Virus record (IMG/VR): IMGVR_UViG_3300037461_001229
Coordinates: 1-64,000 of that record
Reading direction: 5' to 3' (one strand)
DNA: 64,000 bases
DNA from: a virus
Lineage: Duplodnaviria; Heunggongvirae; Uroviricota; Caudoviricetes
How positions within the stretch are numbered: the stretch's first letter is position 1; every line of letters starts with the position of its first letter. Shown one piece after another: positions 1 to 9,596 of this stretch. Under the pieces are notes generated by a model. The model saw nothing but the letters and a program-made list of their open reading frames with translations, made no database searches and was not told the origin of the DNA. The position numbers and the translations under genes were made by a program.

Positions 1-136
1 CTCATTAAGCCGAGCAAAATAGAGGTATAGATTATGAACGAAATCGAGATATTCAACTTAATAGACAAGGCACTGAGCCGGTACGCTGAGAGCACATCGA
101 CACTTATTGCTACTGAGCTGGATAAATGCAATTAAT

Positions 137-667
137 ATGGCGGAAGAAAGGGATCATACCATACCATGTTCACAGGTGGATAATATAGCACATCTGAAGA
201 ATGATATTGCTGAATTAAAAGAGAGCAATAGAAAGATTTTCAATGTTATTGATGGTAATGGATCAGGCAAGGGGATGAAGACTGACCTGGCATTGGTAGT
301 TCAAAAATTATCCAAGATGGAAGAGTGGGCTTCCTCACAAGGAGAAATAAATATTGAAATTGAAGTACAAAAAAGGGTAAAGGATGAACTGGAGAGGAAG
401 CAGGTAGTGCAGGAAGATAAAAAAATCAAGAAATTTCAGATGCGCAAAGACCTTATTCTTGTTATAGTTGCTATTGCAGGTCTCGGAGTTGCTATTACAG
501 GTCTCGGAGTTTCTGTTTTTCTGGGATTCAGAAATCAGAATAGAAGCCTAACGGAATTTAAAGAAGAAGTAAGGAGTGCAGGAGTGCCAATAAAAGACAG
601 CAGGGGAAATATAGAGGGAGTATGGCCGTGGAGCTATATACAAGACAGTACTTCCATAATTCAATAA
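137..667 (+). CDS. hypothetical protein with coiled-coil N-terminus and one central transmembrane helix
   Basis: ORF 107..667 trimmed to first ATG (MAEERD...); hydrophobic stretch LILVIVAIAGLGVAITGLGVSVFLGF; no recognisable catalytic motif. Confidence 0.35.
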   Translation: MAEERDHTIPCSQVDNIAHLKNDIAELKESNRKIFNVIDGNGSGKGMKTDLALVVQKLSKMEEWASSQGEINIEIEVQKRVKDELERKQVVQEDKKIKKFQMRKDLILVIVAIAGLGVAITGLGVSVFLGFRNQNRSLTEFKEEVRSAGVPIKDSRGNIEGVWPWSYIQDSTSIIQ

Positions 668-831
668 AATGCATAAAGTAGAATACCCATTTAAGGAATG
701 TGAGGATTGTACCAATATCAGCGACTGCCCGCACCCGGATGTAAAGCTGGACGATAGCGGGGTCTGTATCCCATGCCCTCCCGATGGTTGTCCACGCCCG
801 CTAAAGATAGCATTAACAAAAAGAAAACGTA

Positions 832-1188
832 ATGCAGATATGGAACCAAATAATAAAAGAGGTTGAGCACTGGTGGGCTCTAATACTACAGTTAGACCTA
901 TGGACAAGCATTGCTCTTTTCTTAATTTATGGGGTTTTCTTCGAATATCTATACAGCAAATCGTTATATGCATACAGGGATTTTAAGAGATTCTCTGCTG
1001 CAGCCCTTAATACGAGTCTTTTCTTGCTTTCACTATGGGGATTTTCAGAAGCCCTGACAAATAACATCATGTATGCATTGCCAATTTCGATTGGCAGTTT
1101 TTTAGGTACCTTTGTGCAGGTAACAATTGAAAAAAGAAAAGCAGAAAGTGAAACCAAAAGAAGAGCCTCCGGCGAGACCGCGCTATAG
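832..1188 (+). CDS. small multi-TM membrane protein, holin-like candidate
   Basis: 118 aa, 2-3 hydrophobic helices, lies directly upstream of a peptidoglycan-enzyme-like gene. Confidence 0.3.
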   Translation: MQIWNQIIKEVEHWWALILQLDLWTSIALFLIYGVFFEYLYSKSLYAYRDFKRFSAAALNTSLFLLSLWGFSEALTNNIMYALPISIGSFLGTFVQVTIEKRKAESETKRRASGETAL

Positions 1189-1209
1189 ACATTTAAAATA
1201 TTTCAGATA

Positions 1210-1680
1210 ATGGAACTGAATCTTGAATTATACAGGAAATACCTGAAAGAGACTTACACGATAGGTAACCTTACCGATGTGGATGGGGTTCTATACCCGG
1301 GTCGCCATATCTGTAATACCCTGGAGGATGTAGTGCGTGACCTGAGTGACTATAATCATGATGGCGACTTTGATGATCCGGGCGAGGGTAAGATATACGG
1401 AGAGACAGCTATACCTGCAGGACGTTACGAGGTGAGGATGGTATGGTGGCAGAAACATAAGGGCTACTACCCCATGCTGCATGATGTGCCGGGCTTCACG
1501 GGCATACTTATACATAGCGGCACGTCTCAGAAAGACACCCTTGGCTGTATTCTGGTGGGGGAGAATAAGATAAAAGGAGGACTGGTTAATAGTGCCTTCT
1601 GGTCATCGGACCTCAAGATTAAGCTTGGGGAGTTTCTGAAAGACAAGAAAAATAAGTGTTTCATAACAATAAAACAGTAA
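1210..1680 (+). CDS. YkuD-like L,D-transpeptidase-fold protein (putative cell-wall acting enzyme, lysis candidate)
   Basis: motif ILIHSGTSQKDTLGCILVG matches the H..G..S.GC(I/V) catalytic signature of L,D-transpeptidase domains. Confidence 0.45.
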   Translation: MELNLELYRKYLKETYTIGNLTDVDGVLYPGRHICNTLEDVVRDLSDYNHDGDFDDPGEGKIYGETAIPAGRYEVRMVWWQKHKGYYPMLHDVPGFTGILIHSGTSQKDTLGCILVGENKIKGGLVNSAFWSSDLKIKLGEFLKDKKNKCFITIKQ

Positions 1681-1684
1681 TATC

Positions 1685-1900
1685 ATGCTGAGTTTAAGTA
1701 ATATCAACAAGCCTTCCAATAAGAAATGGAAGAAAGTAGCAGATTATTTGCTCTATACCGGGCTTCCGGCTATCAATGCCTTCTTTGTGGCAGTCCAGCC
1801 CGTGAGTCCCGAGTTCACTATCTGGGCTATTGCCGGGTCAAACCTTCTCATAGCCCTGTTTAAGGGGATGACAAAACTAACCGCGGAGGAAGAGCTGTGA
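1685..1900 (+). CDS. small membrane protein (holin/antiholin-like candidate)
   Basis: 71 aa, two hydrophobic segments, translationally coupled (GTGA overlap) to the next gene. Confidence 0.3.
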   Translation: MLSLSNINKPSNKKWKKVADYLLYTGLPAINAFFVAVQPVSPEFTIWAIAGSNLLIALFKGMTKLTAEEEL

Positions 1901-2649
1901 GTATCCAGATTAAGTCAAAATACATAGTACTTGCTATCATGGGAGTGGTTTTGGCAGCCTTCCTCTTTGGTGGGTACGTTGGTCGGCAAAAAGGTATTAA
2001 TTCCCGTAAGCCACTCATAGATGCACTTACGAGCCAAATATCGCATTATACAGCCGTTATTCATGGCGACTCCCTGGAAATAGCACAGACAAGACAGGAA
2101 TTAGTCACCGAGAGACAGGCGAGGCGAGAATTGGAAATCACAAACCGTGATCTCCGGGCGTTAAACGTCAAGCAGGCTAACGAGATATCTAGGTTAAACC
2201 TGCAGATAGATACACTCCTTAAGGATGTGATGCATAACGGTGAGGTAATCTCCATTCTTGACTCCCAAATACAGGGGCTTAAGGAGGCCGGGGAGAGCAT
2301 AAAGAAACAAAAAGCAATCCTCCTGCCGTTCCAGTTCTCAAAGAAAGACAAATATCTTGATCTTGGTGGTAATTTTGATATCAATGGACGGCTGGATATA
2401 TCGCTGAAGATGACTGCCGAGGTTGATGTTATCACCGGGATAGATAAAGAAAAGAAACCGACCATAGTCATAACCTCCGATAACCCGTATCTTAAAACAA
2501 TAGGAGTCAGATCATTCAAGACTGACACACCGAAGCCCAAGAGATATGGACTGGGGGTGCAGATAGGCTATGGCATCCCGGCCAGTAACCCATTAAGTCT
2601 CAAACCTTATGTGGGGGTGGGGATAAGCTATAATTTAATAGTATTCTAA
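1897..2649 (+). CDS. membrane-anchored coiled-coil protein with OMP-like C-terminal beta signature (spanin-like candidate)
   Basis: N-terminal TM (VLAIMGVVLAAFLFGG), long heptad-like central region, C-terminus ...YVGVGISYNLIVF ends in aromatic Phe as in outer-membrane beta-barrel proteins. Confidence 0.35.
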   Translation: MSIQIKSKYIVLAIMGVVLAAFLFGGYVGRQKGINSRKPLIDALTSQISHYTAVIHGDSLEIAQTRQELVTERQARRELEITNRDLRALNVKQANEISRLNLQIDTLLKDVMHNGEVISILDSQIQGLKEAGESIKKQKAILLPFQFSKKDKYLDLGGNFDINGRLDISLKMTAEVDVITGIDKEKKPTIVITSDNPYLKTIGVRSFKTDTPKPKRYGLGVQIGYGIPASNPLSLKPYVGVGISYNLIVF

Positions 2650-2833
2650 TGGCACGTAACCCATCAGCTCACGTCTTTGTCCGCAAGCCGCGTAAGCGCA
2701 GGCCGTATAGGCACTCCAAGAGCCCGAATAAGCATCTTTCTCAGAAAAAATACGTCGGGCAGGGAAAATAATTAAAGGAATACTTGTTTTTCTGAATTAT
2801 TTGTTTCATATTTGTGTTATTATTAACAACAAT

Positions 2834-3736
2834 ATGAAAACATTTGACTCTGTACTGTCGTTATTCCTTCCCTATATCAAGATGCAGGTAGGGGATAAAT
2901 CCTATGCGTCATACGTAGGAAAGAATAAGGTCTTCAGTGAGTGGTTGTCCTCTGCCGGGCTTGACCAGATTTGCATTTCGCAAATCACGAATCAGAATAT
3001 AGCCGATTTCTTTGTTTACCTGGCCACAGAGAAGGGCCTGGATAGGACTACCTGTCAAAAGTACTACCTTAATATCAGGAAAGTTTTCAGTTATGCCCAC
3101 CAAAGAGGGGAGATAGAATCGATACCATTCTCCCTTGTTGTATTCCCACAGAAGAAGGAAGATAAGTCTGCAGGGGTCATACCACAGGATCATATGAGGG
3201 TATTGATGGAGACAATTAAAAAAAAAGATAAGCAGCTATACCTTGCCTGTATGACTGAGTTCTACTGTTTTATTCGCCCCGGGACTGAGCTACGCCTGCT
3301 AAAGGTATCGGATATAGACCTTAATAACGGTACTATCCAGGTAGGATCAGACCATGCTAAGAACGGACATAAAAGGATAGTTACTGTCCCAAATCAGCTT
3401 ATTGAACTATTTAAGGAATACGGTATTGATAAGGCTGAGAAGGGGATGTATGTCTTTGGGCGGAGCAAGAGACCAGATACCGCCCCTTGCAGTGTCAATA
3501 TGCTCAGGTACCGCTTCAATAAGTACCGCAATAAACTAAAAATGGCACGACAATATAAACTATATTCGATGAAGCACAGCGGCGCCACACTTCTCCATAA
3601 CTCTAACCAGGTATCACTAAGGGATATGATGGACCAGTTAGGGCATTCACGTATGGAGGCTACACAGAGGTATATAAAAAAACATGCGGGGATAATCAAC
3701 CCCCGCATAAAAGAGAACTTCCCCAACCCATATTAA
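2834..3736 (+). CDS. int: tyrosine-type site-specific integrase
   Basis: N-terminal SAM-like core-binding domain; C-terminal catalytic region with HSGATLL...R...H..RY-like arrangement (HSRMEATQRYIKKH); typical Bacteroidota phage integrase architecture. Confidence 0.85.
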   Translation: MKTFDSVLSLFLPYIKMQVGDKSYASYVGKNKVFSEWLSSAGLDQICISQITNQNIADFFVYLATEKGLDRTTCQKYYLNIRKVFSYAHQRGEIESIPFSLVVFPQKKEDKSAGVIPQDHMRVLMETIKKKDKQLYLACMTEFYCFIRPGTELRLLKVSDIDLNNGTIQVGSDHAKNGHKRIVTVPNQLIELFKEYGIDKAEKGMYVFGRSKRPDTAPCSVNMLRYRFNKYRNKLKMARQYKLYSMKHSGATLLHNSNQVSLRDMMDQLGHSRMEATQRYIKKHAGIINPRIKENFPNPY

Positions 3737-3758
3737 ATAAACCATTATCTGACTATAT

Positions 3759-4148
3759 TTAGATCAGATCGGCAAAACCATCCATAGTCAGATTAGCGAA
3801 GGAGATAATATAGTCTCCTTCCTTATTATGGCACACCCAGATGCCTCCTGCTCCTGTTCTGACATATATGATATCTCTGGTTGTTAGTGTGAATTCTTTA
3901 AGGTTTATCTCTCTAGGAGGCTTGAGCATTGAAGCAGTCTTGATCTGATCCAGTGATGAGTTAAATTCCATAATACCAGCTCTTATCTCACCATCTTTCT
4001 CTGAGTCTATAAACCAGGTTCTTATGCACGATGATCTCTGAGTGATGTCGGTCATATTATTAACATTAAGGAAAAACTCAGTATCGCGATTAATAACATT
4101 ATGACCCTTTGAGTTCTTCCATCTTATGACAGTAGTCCGTAAAAACAT
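3759..4148 (-). CDS. hypothetical protein
   Basis: 129-aa ORF, no motif recognised. Confidence 0.3.
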   Translation of the reverse strand: MFLRTTVIRWKNSKGHNVINRDTEFFLNVNNMTDITQRSSCIRTWFIDSEKDGEIRAGIMEFNSSLDQIKTASMLKPPREINLKEFTLTTRDIIYVRTGAGGIWVCHNKEGDYIISFANLTMDGFADLI

Positions 4149-4202
4149 ATTACCTTTTCTTACCGCCCTTACCGCATCTCTTTTTTGCCATTGTCTTAAG
4201 TA

Positions 4203-5054
4203 TTAAATTATTCTTATCCAGCGTAGTGTTGCCCCAGCCTTGGCCGTGATAGCGGAAGACAGGACTTCCGAGGCAAACCTTGCTGTAACTGTACCATCTT
4301 GGGACGGCTTAATAATCCCCCACATTGTTGCCACATTACCAGCAGTGAGCGATGTCGCATTGGCCCCCGATGGTGTATCATACGCCGTTACCGAGTTCAC
4401 TGTAGTAGTAGTTGCTGTAAGCGTGTATTCACTCCTCATATTAAGAAGTGTTGGTGCTGCCGGGCCGTTAATAGCCCATCTCGAGCCCGTTGTTGTTGCT
4501 GCTGATGTATAAGGAATGACAAACTCAAACCAATAAGTTTGATCTGCTGTAACAGCAAAACTAAGTCCTGTAACATCAGCTATTGTATTAGCAGTACCAT
4601 TATTATTAACAACATCTCCCGAGAGGACTACCATATTAAGGGTATTAATTACAGGGGGAGCTATATTAGTAGTGGATGATGTCTTTAGCCGGCCATAGAC
4701 ATCATTAGACACAAAACCAGAGTCATCAGTATACTGGACTGACTCTCCTGTAGCAATAGTGCCTTTCCATAGGATATACTCGGTGCCATTAGCATCAAGC
4801 TTAATGGTTATTGTTGCGTTAGCAGTATCGGCATTATAGACCGAGAGAAAATCCACCACCCTCTGTGTGGAAGCCCCGGGGCTGCCAACTATATCCACGT
4901 CGGTAGTGTTATTGGTATTAACCAGCGTCCTCCCTGGTACATAGGTGGTGGTTGTCACGTCTCTCCATGAGGACATGCACTGCAGTTGATTGGCGGTGAC
5001 TGATCCACCAAGAACTACTTGTATTTTGTCTGTTGATTCTGAAAGTACTATCAT
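4203..5054 (-). CDS. Ser/Thr/Asn-rich fibre-like structural protein (tail fibre / receptor-binding candidate)
   Basis: 283 aa, very T/S/N/G/V-rich low-complexity beta-rich composition typical of fibre tips. Confidence 0.4.
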   Translation of the reverse strand: MIVLSESTDKIQVVLGGSVTANQLQCMSSWRDVTTTTYVPGRTLVNTNNTTDVDIVGSPGASTQRVVDFLSVYNADTANATITIKLDANGTEYILWKGTIATGESVQYTDDSGFVSNDVYGRLKTSSTTNIAPPVINTLNMVVLSGDVVNNNGTANTIADVTGLSFAVTADQTYWFEFVIPYTSAATTTGSRWAINGPAAPTLLNMRSEYTLTATTTTVNSVTAYDTPSGANATSLTAGNVATMWGIIKPSQDGTVTARFASEVLSSAITAKAGATLRWIRII

Positions 5055-5335
5055 AATTGTCGTGTTAATATTTGTGCTTGTGTTAATCCACCGCTGCTTG
5101 CATGGGAGTGTGTTGATATTTCCCCGGTAAGAACGGCCTCTACATTAGACTTAGTGACGCTGGCGTCCGACCCATCTTCTCCGTCTGCTCCATGTAGCGA
5201 AATAAGCCATTGCTCTAACGTCCCGCTATATCCCTCCTGTACGGCAAGTTCATATGCAGAGAGCCCATTGCCTCCCGGCAGAGTAGCCACATGATCTTCT
5301 ATAATAGCTTGTATTATCTGCTTTAACTTTGCCAT
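5051..5335 (-). CDS. small tail-fibre-associated protein with short collagen-like segment
   Basis: GADGEDGSDAS Gly-X-Y-like run; overlaps stop/start with flanking fibre-like genes. Confidence 0.3.
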   Translation of the reverse strand: MAKLKQIIQAIIEDHVATLPGGNGLSAYELAVQEGYSGTLEQWLISLHGADGEDGSDASVTKSNVEAVLTGEISTHSHASSGGLTQAQILTRQL

Positions 5336-6399
5336 TATTTACTAGATTTAGTTCGTGAACCACATGTATCCTGCTCGAAATGTATGTCGAACTCGATAAA
5401 AATAGGAAGATTATTACCGGTTCCAACCCACGTATCACTGGCGTCATTCCACCTATATATTTTGCCCCACATCTGGGATGAAATACCTAAGCCTACACCA
5501 GATATAGCCGCCTCAGCGGTCATCTGGTGCTTGTGATTAGTGCCATCACAAGTATCGGCAAGAGGTACGGTGGATGCGGCAGGGAAATTACTACCTATGG
5601 CCGCAAATGAGTAGTCCAACCGCCATTGTACCACATGACCTGATTCAGCCACACCCCTGGGTCCCGGCGTCCAGTGAACATGAGCATACATCGTGGAACC
5701 CTCTTTATATGAGTGTGGCATCTGGATGGTAAAAAAACCCTCATCCCCCTTGGCAAAAGCATAGACCTTAAACGTAGCGCCACTGCCTGCAGGCTGATAG
5801 CTGATAACATCAGGATCGGTACCTCCGGGAATATCAAAGATATTAGGGACTATCCTTATATCATCCCATACGGTGGCATCACCAGCGAAGGTTAGGGTGC
5901 CGTCAGCCTCAAACTCGCTATAGTTACTATCCCCTCCTATCCTCCTGTGGTCGGCGAGCCTTGTGAGGTCAGTATCCAGTGGCTGAAAATCCCCGGTAGA
6001 GGTAGTGTTTATATAAGCTGGGTTAAGAGATACCCTTACCATACCCCTGCCATTCTCCAACGCAGTCCCCACCCTGAGATAAGGCACGTCAGACTCCCTG
6101 GCTATCTTGCATGTCCCCTGCGATGCCCTGTCGGTAGACTTGGCAGCACGGATAACGCTCCCCTTGATCACATTATCATTGACATAGACGAGACATTCCC
6201 CCTCTGTTATGATCTCAGTTGGCTCACGGTAGGCTCGCTGTTGGCTCACCACCCCGAGAAAAGAGGTCTCATTGGCCGATAATAACAGGAATGAATCAGT
6301 CCTTGATGTATCTATCTTAGCCAGAGTGCCTATCTTTGATACCGATCTTGTATTGTTCTTTAGCGTTACCGTTAAAGCCATTAGAGTTATTTTATGCAA
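5335..6399 (-). CDS. putative tail fibre / receptor-binding protein
   Basis: 354 aa beta-rich G/T/S-rich protein co-oriented with the other fibre-like ORFs. Confidence 0.4.
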   Translation of the reverse strand: MHKITLMALTVTLKNNTRSVSKIGTLAKIDTSRTDSFLLLSANETSFLGVVSQQRAYREPTEIITEGECLVYVNDNVIKGSVIRAAKSTDRASQGTCKIARESDVPYLRVGTALENGRGMVRVSLNPAYINTTSTGDFQPLDTDLTRLADHRRIGGDSNYSEFEADGTLTFAGDATVWDDIRIVPNIFDIPGGTDPDVISYQPAGSGATFKVYAFAKGDEGFFTIQMPHSYKEGSTMYAHVHWTPGPRGVAESGHVVQWRLDYSFAAIGSNFPAASTVPLADTCDGTNHKHQMTAEAAISGVGLGISSQMWGKIYRWNDASDTWVGTGNNLPIFIEFDIHFEQDTCGSRTKSSK

Positions 6400-6479
6400 A
6401 GATAGTTATAAAAAAGAAGCCCTCCATAATGCGCTTGAATCAGAGGCGTGGAGGGCATTGTTAATCCAAAGATAGTTAT

Positions 6480-7328
6480 TTATTTGAATAACGGAGGTAA
6501 TACAGAACCATTTCCCATATACGTCGGAGAAGTACCGTTCCATTTCTTGGCTAATTCATAATTAACTAGCGTGGGGGTTATTGAATTGCTTAGAAGCGTA
6601 TTCGCCTTAGCCTGCGCTTCAGCTACTTTTAAGATGGAGATAGCCTCCCCTTCTGCTGTTGCTATCTTTTTCTGTGCATCAGCCCTGGACTGGAATATTT
6701 CCTGTTCCTTTTGGAGCGCTATCTGCGTTGCTGCTATTTTTTCATTAATGGCATCTATAACATTCTGCGGAAATCTTATATCCGATTTATAGGCGATATC
6801 TTCAATTATAATCCCGCTAGGAGCAAACTTTTCCCTCATCTTATCCTTAACGAAACTCAACATAGCCATTTTCTGGGTCGAGTAAATCTCTTCCACATTA
6901 AGGCGAGATGCAAACTCCACAAAGTAATTATTCATATCCTGCTTACCATACATCTTAATTATATCTAGCATCTCCTTTCGGTAGAATTGGAATGCAATAG
7001 CCGCTAATGGGGCATCTACCCTGGCAGATAATGCAACATCCACATTACAGGAAATACCTTCTTTACTCTGGAACCGCATCGCTTCATCGATTTCAGACCC
7101 CTCATCGGAGCTAGCCGTAAACGGGAAAATGGTGACAAATGTCGGATAGGTGTAGAGATCATACTGAACCCCCAACCAAAACCTACCAACAGGCAGTACC
7201 TCCGGCTCTACTCCCTTGTTTTGTCCAAGGGTTTTAACTTTTACCCCAATATATCCGGGGTCGACACGAGCACATGACATAAACACAGTGGCCAAAATGA
7301 CCACGAAGAACAAACTACTTTTTTTCAT
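6480..7328 (-). CDS. SPFH/band-7 (prohibitin/stomatin-like) domain lipoprotein
   Basis: signal peptide with lipobox-like FMSC; SPFH core followed by Ala/Glu/Gln/Lys coiled-coil (IAATQIALQKEQEIFQSRADAQKKIATAEGEA) typical of band-7 proteins. Confidence 0.75.
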   Translation of the reverse strand: MKKSSLFFVVILATVFMSCARVDPGYIGVKVKTLGQNKGVEPEVLPVGRFWLGVQYDLYTYPTFVTIFPFTASSDEGSEIDEAMRFQSKEGISCNVDVALSARVDAPLAAIAFQFYRKEMLDIIKMYGKQDMNNYFVEFASRLNVEEIYSTQKMAMLSFVKDKMREKFAPSGIIIEDIAYKSDIRFPQNVIDAINEKIAATQIALQKEQEIFQSRADAQKKIATAEGEAISILKVAEAQAKANTLLSNSITPTLVNYELAKKWNGTSPTYMGNGSVLPPLFK

Positions 7329-7590
7329 TTTCTTTTGACTTTAGTAAAACATTATTTTTAAAAATAGGTTTGAGTAACCAGTACGGGACGAGCAGGGTAA
7401 GTGGCACCAAGGCTATCCCAAGGAGAACTCCGGCATCAGAGTCGGCATTGCTGACTAACATGGGGCATATTACTCCCCAGGATACGAGCACCACTAGGAA
7501 TGATGCTGTAATTCTTAATACTTTAAATTCCGTCTTCATTGTTTTTTCTGTAAATATAAATTGTATATTTGGATTTACCAAATATTTCAA
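7315..7590 (-). CDS. small two-TM membrane protein, possible NfeD-like partner of the SPFH protein
   Basis: 91 aa, two hydrophobic helices, 14-bp overlap with SPFH gene start. Confidence 0.3.
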   Translation of the reverse strand: MKYLVNPNIQFIFTEKTMKTEFKVLRITASFLVVLVSWGVICPMLVSNADSDAGVLLGIALVPLTLLVPYWLLKPIFKNNVLLKSKENEKK

Positions 7591-8213
7591 CGATTATTTT
7601 TAAAATATTTTTCAGTATGAGGATAAAGCTCTCCCAAACCCCTTGCAGGGCTAGCCAACCCCGGTATGGATCAGAGTGAAATGCCCCTTAACTGTAACTT
7701 TCCACAGAGCAGACTCGCTTCCCTTCAGTTCCTGACTACTGCTTTTATACTCACACCCTTGGTGCTTTGTCTTCTTTTGCAAGGCGTGACGAACACGCAT
7801 GATTCGCACCTCAGATTCCTGTCCACTACATTACTCTTTTATTGGGGAAGAGAACAAGTAATAAGAAACCCCACTTCGAGTTGGTTGATGGAAATAGAAC
7901 CCAATGCAAGTCGAGCGCAACACAACCCTCCGTGGGGCATTTATTTTAATGTTACTATTATCAAGAATCTCTTGCATCGGTTTTCAATTTCCAATGCAAA
8001 GATAAACATTATTTTTTATATATTTTATTAGCTAATTCACTGGTTGAAATCTCCACTTCCACCCCGTTATGAGACAAAGAGCAAGGTATTCCATTTTCGG
8101 CAGAGAATGCGATGCAGCTATTTATGCAATCGAATACATCAGCTCCGGCTTCAGCTATAAATTCAACTTTCTTTATTCTAGTGTGTCTTGTCCTTGTTTC
8201 CATAATTATAAAT

Positions 8214-8783
8214 TTATTTTTGCCTTTCTTTAGCGATCTTCCATAGCTCAGATATCTTATCTTCCCGGAGCTTACATACAGTTTTAAAACCAGTCATGGT
8301 CTTGGAATTATTCCGTTGGAACTCTTGCAGGCGCAGGCTCTCATCCAGTAACTCCAGCCATATTCTGTACTGAAGTTTACTATCACTCTTCCAATAGGCG
8401 TTATAGACACGGTTGAGCATAGCTGAGAAGTCAGCAGCCATTTCCTTGGTAAAGAGCAGCCATACCTCTCCTAGCTTTATACGTTGGCGCAGTATCTCCA
8501 CCGCCTCGTCCTCCCCACTAAAGGTAAGAGTACGCTTATAAAAATACATAGTATCCAAGTCCCATCCCCTGTACTCCTTAAGGTAATATTTATCCTCAGC
8601 CAGATAAAGGTATGTCATTGCCGGGATTACCTCAAGATTCTCAGCTAACATAGCCGTTTTCTTGCCCTGGAGCCTAAAAAAGCACAAAGGTGACGGGCAT
8701 TTGACCGGAGCATACCCGTCCTCCCGGGCATCATCCAGACTCAAATACCAGCTAAAAGTATCGTTTTGGAGTAGTTTTGACAT
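8214..8783 (-). CDS. hypothetical protein
   Basis: 189-aa ORF, aromatic-rich, no motif recognised. Confidence 0.3.
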   Translation of the reverse strand: MSKLLQNDTFSWYLSLDDAREDGYAPVKCPSPLCFFRLQGKKTAMLAENLEVIPAMTYLYLAEDKYYLKEYRGWDLDTMYFYKRTLTFSGEDEAVEILRQRIKLGEVWLLFTKEMAADFSAMLNRVYNAYWKSDSKLQYRIWLELLDESLRLQEFQRNNSKTMTGFKTVCKLREDKISELWKIAKERQK

Positions 8784-8823
8784 ATAAGGGGTCTGGGTGG
8801 TGGTTTATATCATCTGGAGATAA

Positions 8824-9111
8824 TTAATCTTGTAGAACGCTTCCCAGAGCCTCTTCCGGGGCATTTTCCAATACGGATGCTCTCTCCTGCCACTGGATAT
8901 ACCCGCGAAAGCCATAAAGAGGGCAGTCCTTACAGGGACACTCTTTTACTTCTGTTTTCAGCCCCCCAGAGCAGTCAGTACAATAAGCTTTTATTGCTAG
9001 AGATCGGATATTCTTAATCTCGACCTCCTTATCGCAGACTCTTACCTTAATAGTTTTTGGCTTCATATGAATATTCTTATAATTTTGATCTTGGTTCCAC
9101 AGAATGGGCAT
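8824..9111 (-). CDS. Cys-rich zinc-finger protein
   Basis: CTDCSGG...CPCKDCPLYGF cysteine clusters. Confidence 0.3.
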   Translation of the reverse strand: MPILWNQDQNYKNIHMKPKTIKVRVCDKEVEIKNIRSLAIKAYCTDCSGGLKTEVKECPCKDCPLYGFRGYIQWQERASVLENAPEEALGSVLQD

Positions 9112-9596
9112 ACCTTTAGGCGCTCACCCCAAAATCTATCACCAAAGCCTCCATTACCGTACATTATCCCATCGGTAATCTCCTCAAACCGCATCTTTTC
9201 ATAGTTGAATTGATATAGGGGTTGGTTACCGATAACGGCACCATTCTCATCCGTCACTTCTTTATAAAGCTCAGATGCATGCTTAAATTCCTCACAGCAC
9301 CATTGGGTTTTATCAACATCAATACTGCCGCCTATAGCTTCACTAAAAACAACTTTCATAATTCATATGGTGTTAAATGTCTTATCTTCCACTTCCCTAT
9401 ATACAGGTACCGCCTATAGCCCATCCTCTCTGAAAATAATGGATAATATTTATGGGAATCAAGGATTGTTAGTCCATAGCCAAATATCCTGAACCAGAAT
9501 CCCCCGTCATAGATTTCATAGCGAATTACTTTGGTTAGTATCCCCAGCCAGATAAGGTAAATAAGACAGACTATAACTAATACAGTACTCATGGCT

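Noticed and set aside
4240-4512. Antisense ORFs inside fibre-like gene (4240..4512, 4299..4505) and inside other long genes (e.g. 2061..2540, 22361..22657, 28768..29145, 50015..50320, 51946..52323, 52762..53418)
   Set aside because: They are fully nested opposite or out of frame to longer ORFs with better coding signal. 28768..29145 is merely the alternate frame of the 27-bp repeat (MVWPLTQGT repeats).
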